From assembly GCA_965112735.1 (NCBI GenBank), contig OZ218954.1, positions 2,666,001-2,730,000 of the forward strand: a stretch of DNA of 64,000 nt, written 5' to 3'. Position 1 is the first letter of the stretch. Each line of letters opens with the position of its first letter. This DNA is from Phaeosaccion multiseriatum. Taxonomy: Eukaryota > Protista > Ochrophyta, other classes. The translations under genes and the position numbers were made by a program. The notes under the pieces are model-generated. The model saw only the letters and a program-made list of their open reading frames with translations. It was not told where the DNA came from and made no database searches. Shown one piece after another: positions 11,850 through 22,429 of the stretch.

Positions 11850-13940
11850 TTAATTCTGCTTTAACTTGCGCTTGGACCAGTACCTTGAAAAGGCTTGCCA
11901 CCCTGCACCCGCAGCACACGCCAACGCCGCGACCGCATAGAGCGCCAAGCTAATGCGGTGCAGCGTCTGGCCCGTCTGCCCGCGCGGAGCCCAAACTTGC
12001 CCGGGCAAGGCGCGCTCCTGCTGCTGCTGCTGCTGATCGGGAGGTGCACAAACCATGGTGAAGGTGATGTGAGTGTTGTACGCACCCTCCAGCAAGCGCA
12101 CAAAGGCCGCGGTGTGTCGCTCCAGCTCGGACACCTGGCTTGTGCTCAGAGCGAAGTCGTGAAGGGCAAAGTAGCTGCTCGCTCGCTGCCTCTTGAGCGC
12201 CATGGTGTCCCACAGCGCAGAGGCCTCTGCCAACTCCCCCGGCGATAGGACTTGATCGAGGTGAGGCTCCACGCTGCCCACCTGCCGCAACAGAGCCTTG
12301 AGCCCCGTCATTGCGGAGGCCAAGGGCCGCACCACTCCCAGCCGAGCGTACGAATCCTTCTCCACGAAAGTCAAGTCCCTCTCGGCCGTCCTCTCGGCCT
12401 CGGCTGCCCACAGGTGTTCAGACCTCACCTCGTTGACCACGGGGTCCCACACCAGCGACTTGGGCATCACCCCCCACACAAGCTGCACAAGGCATCCCAG
12501 CACGTCGCCCTTCCAAGCCCCTGATAGAGCAGAGGCTCCTTCCCCGTCTGAGGGTGTTTGTGTGAGGATGGACAGCACCATGTCGGGCATGGCGACACTT
12601 TGCGCTCGGTCCATGAGAAGGGCGTGAGGAGGCCGGAGAGAGAAGACGACCAGGGGCACGGTCCTCTTGGTAGCGTCGTGGCTAACCCCTTTGGAGCGTA
12701 AGAATCTCCTCACCCATCCCTGCAGCTCCTCAGCGTCCAGGGAGACGGCACTCGTGCTGCTGATCCTTCCATTTGACGTCGTCGTGGTCCTATGGTCCAA
12801 CAGGGACAACTGCAGCCCCACCGCCAGCAGGGGGGCGTCGCTCAGCAGCTCAGTCTGTACATCCACCACAAGTCGCATATCCACACCTGCTTCCTCTCTT
12901 TGAGCCACAAGGAAAGCCTCCAGCCCCCGCACCTGCGCCACATCCGCCTGGGAGCACTGATCTGGCGCGTCGCACACCAGAAACACCTGCACAACCACCT
13001 CCTCGCCCGCCCCGCCAGCCGCAGTATCAGCAGCAGCAGCAGCAGCAGCAGCAGCCGCCGCCGCAGCAGGAGCCCCTCCACTCGAGTCCGAGAGCTGGGC
13101 CCCACCCATGCCACCGGGGGAGAGCAGCATGGACGGAGCAATCAGCTTGGCCACCGTTCTCTCCGTCAACACTGCAAGCGACGCGTACAAGAGAGGCGCG
13201 GAGCCTGCCCTCATCGCTGCATCCACGTCGGGTATGTGAATGGGCAGCACCCCCCCCCCCCCCACGCCACCAGCAGGTCCATGGGGGGCTGCACTCAGGT
13301 CTAACCACACGTACCGCTCCTGCCCAATCCACCCCCGCGTACCAAATCGTGCTGTATGGCTTTTGCTCCCCCCCTGCGACAGAGCCGTGTACTGATACTG
13401 TTGCTGTTCAAGGTCGCCCCCTCGCTTGTGCACGGAAGGGTGGAGCAAGTACACGCGGTAGGAGGAGGTTGAAGAGCGCCTCACGTCATTCTGAATGAGC
13501 TCATCAACGACACGCACATCCACATCCAAGCTCTTAGCCGCTGGATGAGACTCCTGCTGCTCCTGTACCTGCGTGGTTATGGCCGCCTCTACCTTCCGGA
13601 TGAGCGACGGCTCCGCGTAAGAGACCTGGTACAGCGTCTGGAGCTTCAGGTCGAGCGCCGATAACACGTATCCACCGCCTTCCCGCTGCTGCACCAGCGA
13701 GAGAACGGGCAAACCATTGGCGGCCTCTGCCTTGACCTTGCTCTGCGCCGCAAAGTACGAGAGGAGAGTCTTGTCGGACAGGAAGGCGCCGCTACGTCCG
13801 TCCCCGTGGAGGCCCACAAGCACCACGTCCACTACCAACTCTACTCCATAGCTTTCGAGCTCGTGCAGCATAGCATGGGTGCATAACGCATCGTCGTCTT
13901 CGTGCCGGTGGTCCTCAGCGAAGGAGAAGATAGGGGACAT
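11850..13940 (-). CDS. Uncharacterised 696-aa protein with C-terminal transmembrane helix, intronless
   Basis: Long uninterrupted ORF; GWIGQERYVWLDLSAAP resembles a motif of a conserved plant/protist unknown-function family; hydrophobic ISLALYAVAALACAAGAGW followed by a basic tail. Confidence 0.75.
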   Translation of the reverse strand: MSPIFSFAEDHRHEDDDALCTHAMLHELESYGVELVVDVVLVGLHGDGRSGAFLSDKTLLSYFAAQSKVKAEAANGLPVLSLVQQREGGGYVLSALDLKLQTLYQVSYAEPSLIRKVEAAITTQVQEQQESHPAAKSLDVDVRVVDELIQNDVRRSSTSSYRVYLLHPSVHKRGGDLEQQQYQYTALSQGGSKSHTARFGTRGWIGQERYVWLDLSAAPHGPAGGVGGGGVLPIHIPDVDAAMRAGSAPLLYASLAVLTERTVAKLIAPSMLLSPGGMGGAQLSDSSGGAPAAAAAAAAAAAAADTAAGGAGEEVVVQVFLVCDAPDQCSQADVAQVRGLEAFLVAQREEAGVDMRLVVDVQTELLSDAPLLAVGLQLSLLDHRTTTTSNGRISSTSAVSLDAEELQGWVRRFLRSKGVSHDATKRTVPLVVFSLRPPHALLMDRAQSVAMPDMVLSILTQTPSDGEGASALSGAWKGDVLGCLVQLVWGVMPKSLVWDPVVNEVRSEHLWAAEAERTAERDLTFVEKDSYARLGVVRPLASAMTGLKALLRQVGSVEPHLDQVLSPGELAEASALWDTMALKRQRASSYFALHDFALSTSQVSELERHTAAFVRLLEGAYNTHITFTMVCAPPDQQQQQQERALPGQVWAPRGQTGQTLHRISLALYAVAALACAAGAGWQAFSRYWSKRKLKQN

Positions 13941-14112
13941 GAGGTAGAAAGGGGGGACCCCTCTGGTCCTCAGCGAAGGAGAGGATGGGGGTCATGAGGT
14001 GTAACCCGCCCTTTGTCTCATGGTACAATGTATCTCCCTCGACTCGGGCCCAAAATCGTTACTTTTAGTCACGACTGATTCGAGACGCCTTGCGCCTTGC
14101 CTTGGAAGAGAG

Positions 14113-15853
14113 ATGAGTGAGGGAGAGGGGGTGGCTGCCGATGCTGCTTCTGCAGTTTCCGATGCTGCTTCTACAGCTGCAGCTGCACCTGCCCCCAAGG
14201 TGGAGTCGGTAGCGCAGGAAGCGCTGCCTGCCAAGAGGGAAGGCGGATCGGTAGAAGCAGGAAGACAGGGAGAAAGAGGAGAAAAAGGAGAAGAAGAGAG
14301 AGGGAACAAAGATGAGGGGCCAATAGGAACACATGCACCTCCACCAGCACCACCACCACCACCTGCAGCAACTCAGAACCCCGCACCAGCAGACGATAGA
14401 GCGCTCACGGAGCTTAAAGAGACGCTGGGCAAATACAAGCGCCTGCTATCCCTGGCGCGTCGGAGCATCGAGGAGAACCAGAGGGCGATTGGGGAGAAGG
14501 ACGGCATCATCCACGGCTTGGAGGGCGCGCTCGAGGCCGCGGAAAGGGCGTCACAACAGAGTGCAGCGGCGAGCAGAGCGGGTCTGGTAGGCGAACCCAG
14601 GGCTCTTCTGCGTCGGGTTTGGCAAGGAGACACCTTGTGGTGTCTGTTTGAGTATGATAGCAATGGGGTAGGTGGGGGAGGCGGGGTCTCCTCCTCGAAG
14701 GCGTGGAAGAGCTTCCCAGACGAGGGTGCTTGCGAGGACTACATTCGCAAGGACGCCGGAGACGCGCTCATAGTGCCCCCCGTGTCTCTGAGCCCGCAAG
14801 AGTGTGCCGCAGTGAGAGACGAAGCCAACGAGAAGGTGGCCAAGATCAGGGAAGAGTTCCGGCGCTACCGGGTGAAGGCTGAGTTGGCACGCAAGCAGAA
14901 GGACGCTGAGGTGCGCCTGGCCTCCATGGAGAAGATTGCGGAGAAGAGCAGGCGTATCTCGGGCTCGCAGGGCAGCATGGGCTCAGCGATGGGGGGCGAT
15001 GTGGCTCTGACCAACGAGATAACCAAGCTGCAGGCTGCACTGGCCGATCAGGATGAGATGTGGCGCCAGGCGTATGACAAGCAGGTCAGAACTTGCGTAC
15101 TTGTTTGTTCCACTTGCTCCGCCTCCACGCCCAACGACATGCCTTATCGCTGTGTGCGTTCCTACTCTTGTCTCTTTGACTGCTGCAGGTACGAGAGACG
15201 GAGCAGCTCAAGCGGGCGGGTAGCGAGGCGGCGTTGGCGGCGCAGTGGCGAGAGCGCTACGAGCAGTGCATGCGAGAGAAGGAGGATGCCCTAGCAAAGC
15301 TCGGTATGTTCAGTCAGGATGGAAGCAGCAAGAGAAGCAGCGGCAGCGCGAATGTCGCGAATGGCGTCCATGTGGACCCTAGCAGTAGAGACGGGTACGC
15401 TAGTCTTATGCAGAAGCACGCTGACCTGAAGGAGGAGTACAAGACTTACCGCAAGAAGGCCATGGCCGCTCTGAAGAACGCGTCGCGAGGAGGTGGCGGG
15501 GGGGGGGGCAGCAGCAGCTGCACCTTATGGCAGGAGTAGGCCCTAGCGCCGACGCCACCCTCCCTTACTTGCGAAACCTCATGGTGCAGTACCTGATCAG
15601 CGGCGAGCCGGAGGCCAAGGAGCACATGGAAAGGGCCATCACTACTGTTCTGGAGTTCTCGCCCGAGGAGAGGAAGCTTGTAGAGGAGAGCAGGGCCAGC
15701 TCGACATGGATCTCGGGGGCCATGTCGGGCCTGTGGGGGGGGGCAGCAGCTCCCGCGGCGGGTGGCGGGAGTGGCGCGATCAGTAGCAGAGCAGACGCAA
15801 CAGCAGCACCAGTCGCACCGCCCGCACCTGCCCCATCACGGCCGCGGCGATAG
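14113..15853 (+). CDS. Coiled-coil golgin with C-terminal GRIP domain; apparent frameshift at a poly-G run near 15498-15508
   Basis: Long coiled-coil; GRIP motif YLRNLMVQYL...MERAITTVLEFSPEE; one intron at about 15085-15189; alternative in-frame ATG at 14020. Confidence 0.8.
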
Positions 15854-15881
15854 AAGAGTTAAATGTATGTACAAAGGCGGG

Positions 15882-16836
15882 CTAATCGCTGCTACTATCA
15901 TCGCTACCGTAATCACCAAGCCCGAGGAGACCACTCGGCTCCTCTTGCTTCGCTTCTCTGGTCTCCCTTGTGGTCTCCACTGCTCTTGGTCCCTCGTCTT
16001 TCGCTGCCGCGGCTGCTTCTGGTTCGCCTTCGGCTTTCCTCTTCCTAGACGACGTGCTTCCCTTGAGTTTTGTCGAAGCCTGTCCCTTTGGCTTGAGCTT
16101 GAACTTCGGAGGAGGGGGTTTAGCTTTGGAAGGCATTTTACCCTTTGCACTAGCCGCAGCAGCACCACCTGCCGCCTTTGGCGCCCCCTCTCCATGTTGC
16201 TCGTCAGGAGCACTCCCAACCTGCGCACCACAAGGGAGGTCACCAGCAATGCACAGCAGCAGCAGGAGCAACAGCACCACATACAAAAAGGTTTGGTGGG
16301 CTGCTTTGGTGCGTGCTTGTCTAACCCTTGTCGTTGAGAACGTACCGTGGAGAGGATCTGGTTGGCCTTGGCCATGGAGAACAGCTCCAGCTCCTGCTGC
16401 TCCCACTCCCTTCTCTTATCCTTGGCCATCTGCCGCTGCTCCTGCACCCCCTGTAGATACTCGGCCTCTTCATCGTCTAGGGCCTTGGGCGGCGCGAACA
16501 TTTGCTTTCCCACAGCGTCATACTCCTCCTGCTTCTTGTCCCGCTGTGTTCGGGGGGGGGGGGGGTACAGTCAGCAAATAAGAATGAGGGATGAGAAGCA
16601 AGCGCGTCATCGATGACTATCCTCAGTAGCTAAGTGGCAGAGAGGAAGAGCTGAGGAGAAGTCGTCAATGGGCTCACCTGGGCTTGGAGCTGCTCCCACA
16701 GGGGCTTATTCAGGGCCTGCTTTGCTCGCTCTTCCGCAGCCTTCACCTCCTGGCTCTCCACACGCTTCTCATCGTTATACTCTACTCCATCCGAGGACTC
16801 CAGCACGGAGGTGCTCACGAAGCCAATGGTCGTCAT
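15882..16836 (-). CDS. FAM192A/PSME3IP1 (Fyv6)-like protein, 3 exons
   Basis: GFVS..., KPLWEQLQAQ|RDKKQEEYD, PKALDDEEAEYL; C-terminal LLGLGDYGSDDSS. Confidence 0.8.
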
Positions 16837-17000
16837 TCTCAGAGAGAGAGAGAAACAGCAAAAGCGGGGCAAGCGGGGCAAGTTGACCAATTGTATATTC
16901 GATATGACTCACAGATGGAACGCGTCTCAGGGGGGAGGAGAGATCGGCAAGACCAAAAATAAGAAAAAATTGTCCACGAACGGCTACAGGTGGGAGGGTA

Positions 17001-18296
17001 ATGAGGGCCGTCGTGGCAGATGAGACTGGTCTGGTCAAGGTAGTGCAGCTGGAGACCAATGAATGTCTCACCGTGGCGGGCCAGGAGGAGCAGGACCGAG
17101 AGGAGTGTGTGGCGGCCTTGTGTTGGGATGCGACTGCTGCCGCTGCTGACGAGCCGTACAGGAATTTCCATCTGGCTCGGAGGTGTGGGCTGTTAGAAAG
17201 GTGGGCCATATCGAGCGAGGCGAACGGGACCACGCTTCGTAGAGCTGGTGGCAGCGAGGCAGAGCAGCGTCGCAGCTGTTCGAGAGACATGGTTGGACTG
17301 GCGTGTATGCCTTCGACGGGTATGATTGTATGTTGCAGCTCGACAGGGGAGGTACACGTGGAACGACAGGAGGAGCAGGGGGGAGGGACGCAGGAGGAAG
17401 AAGGGGAAGGGGGGAGCAGTGTCTTTCAGGTGGGTGGGCCGATCAGCGGAATGTGTGCTGGAGAGGCATCGAGCGGGGCGCCCATGTTGGCATGTGGAGG
17501 CAACGAAAACGATTTGAAGGTGTGGGACGTGCGAACGCAGAGTCTGTTGTGGAAGGCCAAGAATGTGCCGCACGACAAGCGGCTGCAGCTCAAGATTCCC
17601 ATATGGGTCACGGCGGTGGCGCAACTCAGAGGGGAGACCTCAGGAAACATGGCAGAGCTCGTCACGGGAACCGCTCATAGGCACGTGAGGATCTACGATA
17701 CCCGAGCAAGGCGGCAACCCGTGCAGACAGTGGACCACGGGGACTACCGCATCACCGCCTTGAAGGTGTGCCCACACCGCCTCGAGGCCGTCGTGGGGGA
17801 CTGTGCTGGAGGCTTGACTGCGCTGGACCTGCGCACCATGAAAGCACGTAGGAGATTCGTGGGGCCGGCAGGGGCCGTGCGGAGCCTCTCCTTCCACCCC
17901 ACCCTCCCTGTGTTTGCGTCGGTGGGCCTGGACAGGATGCTGAGGCTGTTCAACGTCGATGACGGGCGGGAGTGCTACAAAGTGTATCTGAAGCAGAGGC
18001 TGACCTGTGTCATGCTCACGGATGAAAAGGAGAAGGCAGGGGCGGTGGGGGGAGGAGCTGCAGCGCGGGGGAGAGAAGGGGGGGGGGCAGGGGACGAGGA
18101 GTCATCAGGGGAGGAGTCAGGCCTTGAGTATGATATGGGGCAAGGCGGAGGAGAGGCAGGGGGGGGCGGCTATGAAGCCAGCAGCAGCGACGAGGATGAC
18201 GAGGACGAGGAAGAGCTTTCCGAAGGTGAAGACGAGAGTGAAGAGGAGCAGCCTCGCGCAAGTAGTCGGCCCCGAAAGCGAACAAAAAAAGCATAG
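17001..18296 (+). CDS. WDR74: WD40 ribosome biogenesis factor NSA1/WDR74, intronless
   Basis: DETGLVKVV, GGNENDLKVWD, WKAKNVPHD.LQLKIPIW, RIYDTRARRQPV, GLDRMLRLF, VYLKQRL. Confidence 0.92.
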   Translation: MRAVVADETGLVKVVQLETNECLTVAGQEEQDREECVAALCWDATAAAADEPYRNFHLARRCGLLERWAISSEANGTTLRRAGGSEAEQRRSCSRDMVGLACMPSTGMIVCCSSTGEVHVERQEEQGGGTQEEEGEGGSSVFQVGGPISGMCAGEASSGAPMLACGGNENDLKVWDVRTQSLLWKAKNVPHDKRLQLKIPIWVTAVAQLRGETSGNMAELVTGTAHRHVRIYDTRARRQPVQTVDHGDYRITALKVCPHRLEAVVGDCAGGLTALDLRTMKARRRFVGPAGAVRSLSFHPTLPVFASVGLDRMLRLFNVDDGRECYKVYLKQRLTCVMLTDEKEKAGAVGGGAAARGREGGGAGDEESSGEESGLEYDMGQGGGEAGGGGYEASSSDEDDEDEEELSEGEDESEEEQPRASSRPRKRTKKA

Positions 18297-18525
18297 ATTG
18301 AAAGCGCCTTTAACACTTCTTCACACTGTGGGCGCAGCTCCCCCCCCCCCGCCTCCTCCCGACTCCCTCCACCGATGCCAGGCGGCTCTCTACCGCTTCC
18401 TTCCGCCCGTCAAGCCCCTCTATTGGGGCGTAACGTACCCCCGCTGTTTCACCCCTTCCCCCTCCCCTCCCCGCCCTATGCGGCACCTATGTATCCGCTG
18501 TGCCGATGAGGGAGCCTATTCTTTC

Positions 18526-18846
18526 TCAAGCAGCCGCGTAGCTGAGCTCTAGGTGTACATTTGGGCTGAGAAGGAAGCGGTTGAGCGTTTGGAGCGCCAC
18601 GGTGGCCTGAGCGTCATTTGGGGAAAGGCGAGAGGCGAGAGGCAGCCGCAGACACGCACGGAGTCGAGGGTATGTAGGAGGGGGAGGGGGAGGGAGGTTA
18701 AGGCTGAGCCCTCAGAAGACTGCTCTTCTCAACACCCGACGATAGCCCCAAGACGAGGTCCATGTGATGGCTCAAGAAAGCACCAGCTTGACACGAAACA
18801 AAGTGAGGGCACCCTCAGGCATGGCGGCCACACGCCCAAAGGCAGG

Positions 18847-18888
<42 letters not shown>

Positions 18889-20331
18889 GACCAAACGGAC
18901 GGATTTGGTGCTCTCCGAGAGAGAGGAGAGAGTGACGCGCACGCACACACGCACGCACCTGCATTTGGTCTGCAAACTCGATGAAGGCAATGCCCGCTTT
19001 GCCCTCCACCATGCGGACCTCCTTGTATCCGTTGTGTTGGCTGAACAGCACAGCCAGCATGCTCTCCGTGCACTCGGGGGGCAAGTTCTGCGCGAATAAG
19101 ATGCGGTTCGGGACTGGCGTGGCAAGGGGGGCACAGCAGGCATGGGCACAGACGGGGGGAATTCAGTCCGTCAGTTACGAGCCTGAAAGGGCCTGGAAGA
19201 GCCCTCTACGTTCGAGGGGTACCTGCACCCAATCCTCCCCGAAGCTTTGCTTTCCTCCCACAGGAAGGGGAAAGGAGGGCTGACTTACGATTGACCGCCG
19301 GGGCCACTGGGGGCGGGGCTTGGCTGGCAGCAGGGGGAAGGAGGCCCGCAGGTGTCGGAGCGGCAGCTGCTGGAGGTGCAGCGCTGGAGGGGTTACTCTT
19401 CTCCGCTGCTGCTGCCTCCGCCTCGGCCTGAAGGCAAGCGCAGATGGCAAAGAGTGAAGGGGTGGAGGCGCCGGCACCAGGGAATGCACAGCTTCGTGAA
19501 TGGAGAGACCCCAAAGTATCGCGCTCCATCGACAGCAGACAGGGGCAGCACACACACCACGCAATCGCACAAGCAGGGAGAGAAGCTCGCACCACCTCTT
19601 GTTACGATATAAATTGGGATGCTTTATATCGTAACACCTCTTGCCCCCCGCTCGCCGACCCCACAGCGCGAGCGATACCTACCTCCTTTTTGCGTTCTTC
19701 TCTTCTCTTCTTCTCCTTGGCATATGTTCCGTCCCGCCGGGCGGTCTTGTCGCTCTTGTGGTGGGCGAACTGCACGTCCAGCGGCTTCCCGTAAAAGTTA
19801 AATCCCTAGTCATGGAAGGTGGTGCGAGAGGGCGGAAGAGATGAGTGTCACAGGCAGAGCCAGGAAGCTGGTGGCAATCTCACTTGGCGTTCTTCCACAC
19901 TCTCCCTGCCCATCAAAGCCACTCCATGCACGCCTACCTGCATATCTTTCAGCGCCGCCATAGCCGATGACTGCTCTTCAAAAACCACCCATGCTTGCCC
20001 TCGTAATTTGTTTCCCCTGTCGAGGCCAGCACAGCAAAGCAAACACAGAGAGAAGTGGTGCGATTAGACAACACAGACGGCAAGGCCTTCTCCTCCTCAA
20101 GCCCCCCCCCCCCTCGCTGGCGGCGGTAGCAATCCCGCTCTCTGCGTGCACCCCCTCCCCTCCGACACCCCAGCCTTACCTCCTGGCCACGAGACTAAGG
20201 ATTCGGCCGTATCGACCAAAGCAGCTGTGGAGACTCTTCTTCAACACCTCCTTCTTGATCTTCTCGTCAATGTTATGCACATAGAGGGTGTGATTGACCT
20301 GCCCAACCTCAGCCCCTCCATTGGCCGCCAT
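18526..20331 (-). CDS. Spliceosomal U1A/U2B'' (SNF family) two-RRM protein, multi-exon
   Basis: [40 protein letters not shown]; second [11 protein letters not shown]...GIAFIEF; last exon [26 protein letters not shown]. Confidence 0.9.
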
Positions 20332-20570
20332 TTCACTTCTTTATCTTCGCTTCTCTACTGTGGGGTCTTCCACAGAGATGCTCGGCACGGCGGGGGGGAG
20401 GCGTGGACCAAGAGATCCTCTGTATTATATCCACAACTGTGCTCGCCTATGAGGAATCAACAAGATAGGGGGGGGGGGGATTGGGATATTGGAAGAATAC
20501 GGGTATGGCAGGAGTTGGGTGACCTGACGCCCAATTAGGATACTCCAATCACCTTAATTACCTTTCAGGC

Positions 20571-20831
20571 GTAAGCCGGAACGCTATCGCCGGCGCAGCC
20601 GACGCGCTACCAGCTATTGCCAGCGTCGGCCGGCATTCTATCAGCTATTCCCCCCCCGACCCTCCGCCTCAGCTATTGGACTATTGCGCCCGGCCGGGGG
20701 GGGGGGGGCGGCAGAAGCCGGCCTGCTATTCGATGCTATCAGCTATTGATGCGTGCCAACGGCGCGCTGTTGGGCTCGAAGGGCGAATAGCGCAGCTATC
20801 GGCGATGGCTCATTAACGCGTCAGGGGTCGA
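20571..20831. repeat. Short GCTAT-rich interspersed element, copy A
   Basis: About eight GCTAT(T/C) motifs; ends GTAAGCCGG and CGCGTCAGGGGTCGA recur reverse-complemented at 35983-35991 and 35690-35704. Confidence 0.55.
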
Positions 20832-21719
20832 AAATAGTCTATTATTAGTACGTGAACTCGAGTAACGAGGGCCCGTTCGTCGGACAGTGGGCACGAACAA
20901 AAGGTTTTAGCATCTCAAATGGGAAGCTGGACCCGGCCGTCTGACGCTGACTGGAGCTGGGGACCTGACCTGACGCCGGCCGGAACCGGGAACCTCAGAA
21001 CCTTGAGGGGCCGACGGCAGCGAAGGACGTTACAACTGTACAGGCTGTTCTTGGGGCGCGAGATGCCCACCCCTCTCCGTCCTGCTTCCAGCATCTGCTT
21101 CCAACATCGGATCTCTCCGATCCGCGCCCACGCCGTATTGCTCTCCTCTCTGGCAATCAGGGGCGCAGTCGCCACCGGCTCTGCCTCCCTACCGCTCGGA
21201 CCACTCGGACCCCCTCCGATCAGCAGAGGCTGACGACCTGACAGGCTGCAGGGGCGTGGCGCGACTCCTTCACACTCACTCTCCTCTGCAAGAGAAGACA
21301 GAGCGTAGGGCCTGTACATGCTGTGGGCAGGAGCCTAAGGACTCTGCTCCTCTGCTCAAGGTGGTTTCAGAAGGGGGGCGGCGCCAGACTCGACACGGGC
21401 AACAGTCCCAACAGCGCCGCCCTCCCCTCCCGACAGGTGACTTCTCGCCGGAGCGAAGGACCCGTTACGACAAGGTAAGGCCAGCTATGGCCAGATGATC
21501 GCACCCAGAGGTATGGCTAGATGGTGGCAGATGGTGATGGTGCCGGCCCCCATGCTCAGCGCAAAGCTCACGAGGGTTGTCGGGCGGGGGAGCACAGCCA
21601 ATCCAGTCCGGAGCTCACAGCTCTTCTTCCTCGAAAATTAATCAGGAGTGGTCGGGAAGCAGATTCGTCCAAGGGAGTGCAAACAATCCCGAGTCTCACT
21701 GCCTCACAGCCTCACAGCC

Positions 21720-22394
21720 TCACAGCTCGCCCCACAAAGTCAGCACCTCCCCCTGGTGGGCCGGGAATGCACCCTTTTCCTCCTCCGGGGCAATGCGGCG
21801 CTCCGCCACTGTGCGCTGCCTGAAGCGGGAGAGGTGCGTCTGGCGAGCCCAGTCCAGCGCCACTCCGGCGGCATCCAAGCTGCACCTGATGAGGAGGAGG
21901 TAGCGGCGGTCGGGTGGGTGGGGACAATAGAGAGGGTGGGGAAGAGACGCAGACGGCAGGAGAGGAATGGAGGTCGAGAAGCCAATGGGAACAAGTCCCG
22001 CAATGAAATGAGTGGAAGCAACGCACGAGACAGCCTCAGACATAGGTCTGTCGCCAAAGCTAACCATGTGGATAGACAGATAGATAGATAGACAGATAGA
22101 TAGATAGATAGATAGATACATTGGAGCTTCCTCCAGAGCACTCCCCCTCCCCCCCTTGCGACTGTTCGTGATTCGTACATTTCGTTGAGACAGGCCGTCT
22201 GCAGCGCCCCCCAAGCCTTCTTGCCGTGGACCCACACCTCGTCCTCCGTGTTGGTAAAGGCACTGACCGAGAGGGGCGTTATCATCTCCTCGCCACCACC
22301 GGCCTTACATTCGAGTGCACCTTCAGCGAGTCGGAGAGGGGTAAGAAGGGATTACGGGCGGCGGGCAATGCTGTTTATGAGCTGGGGGGTACAG

Positions 22395-22429
<35 letters not shown>

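Noticed and set aside
7254-20331. Functional cluster of RNA-processing genes (SDA1, FAM192A-like, WDR74, U1A/U2B'')
   Set aside because: These are common housekeeping classes interleaved with unrelated genes; enrichment cannot be shown without synteny data.
20915-21700. Short ORFs between element A and the GT2-like 3' end
   Set aside because: No recognisable motif or consistent splice pattern; left unannotated.
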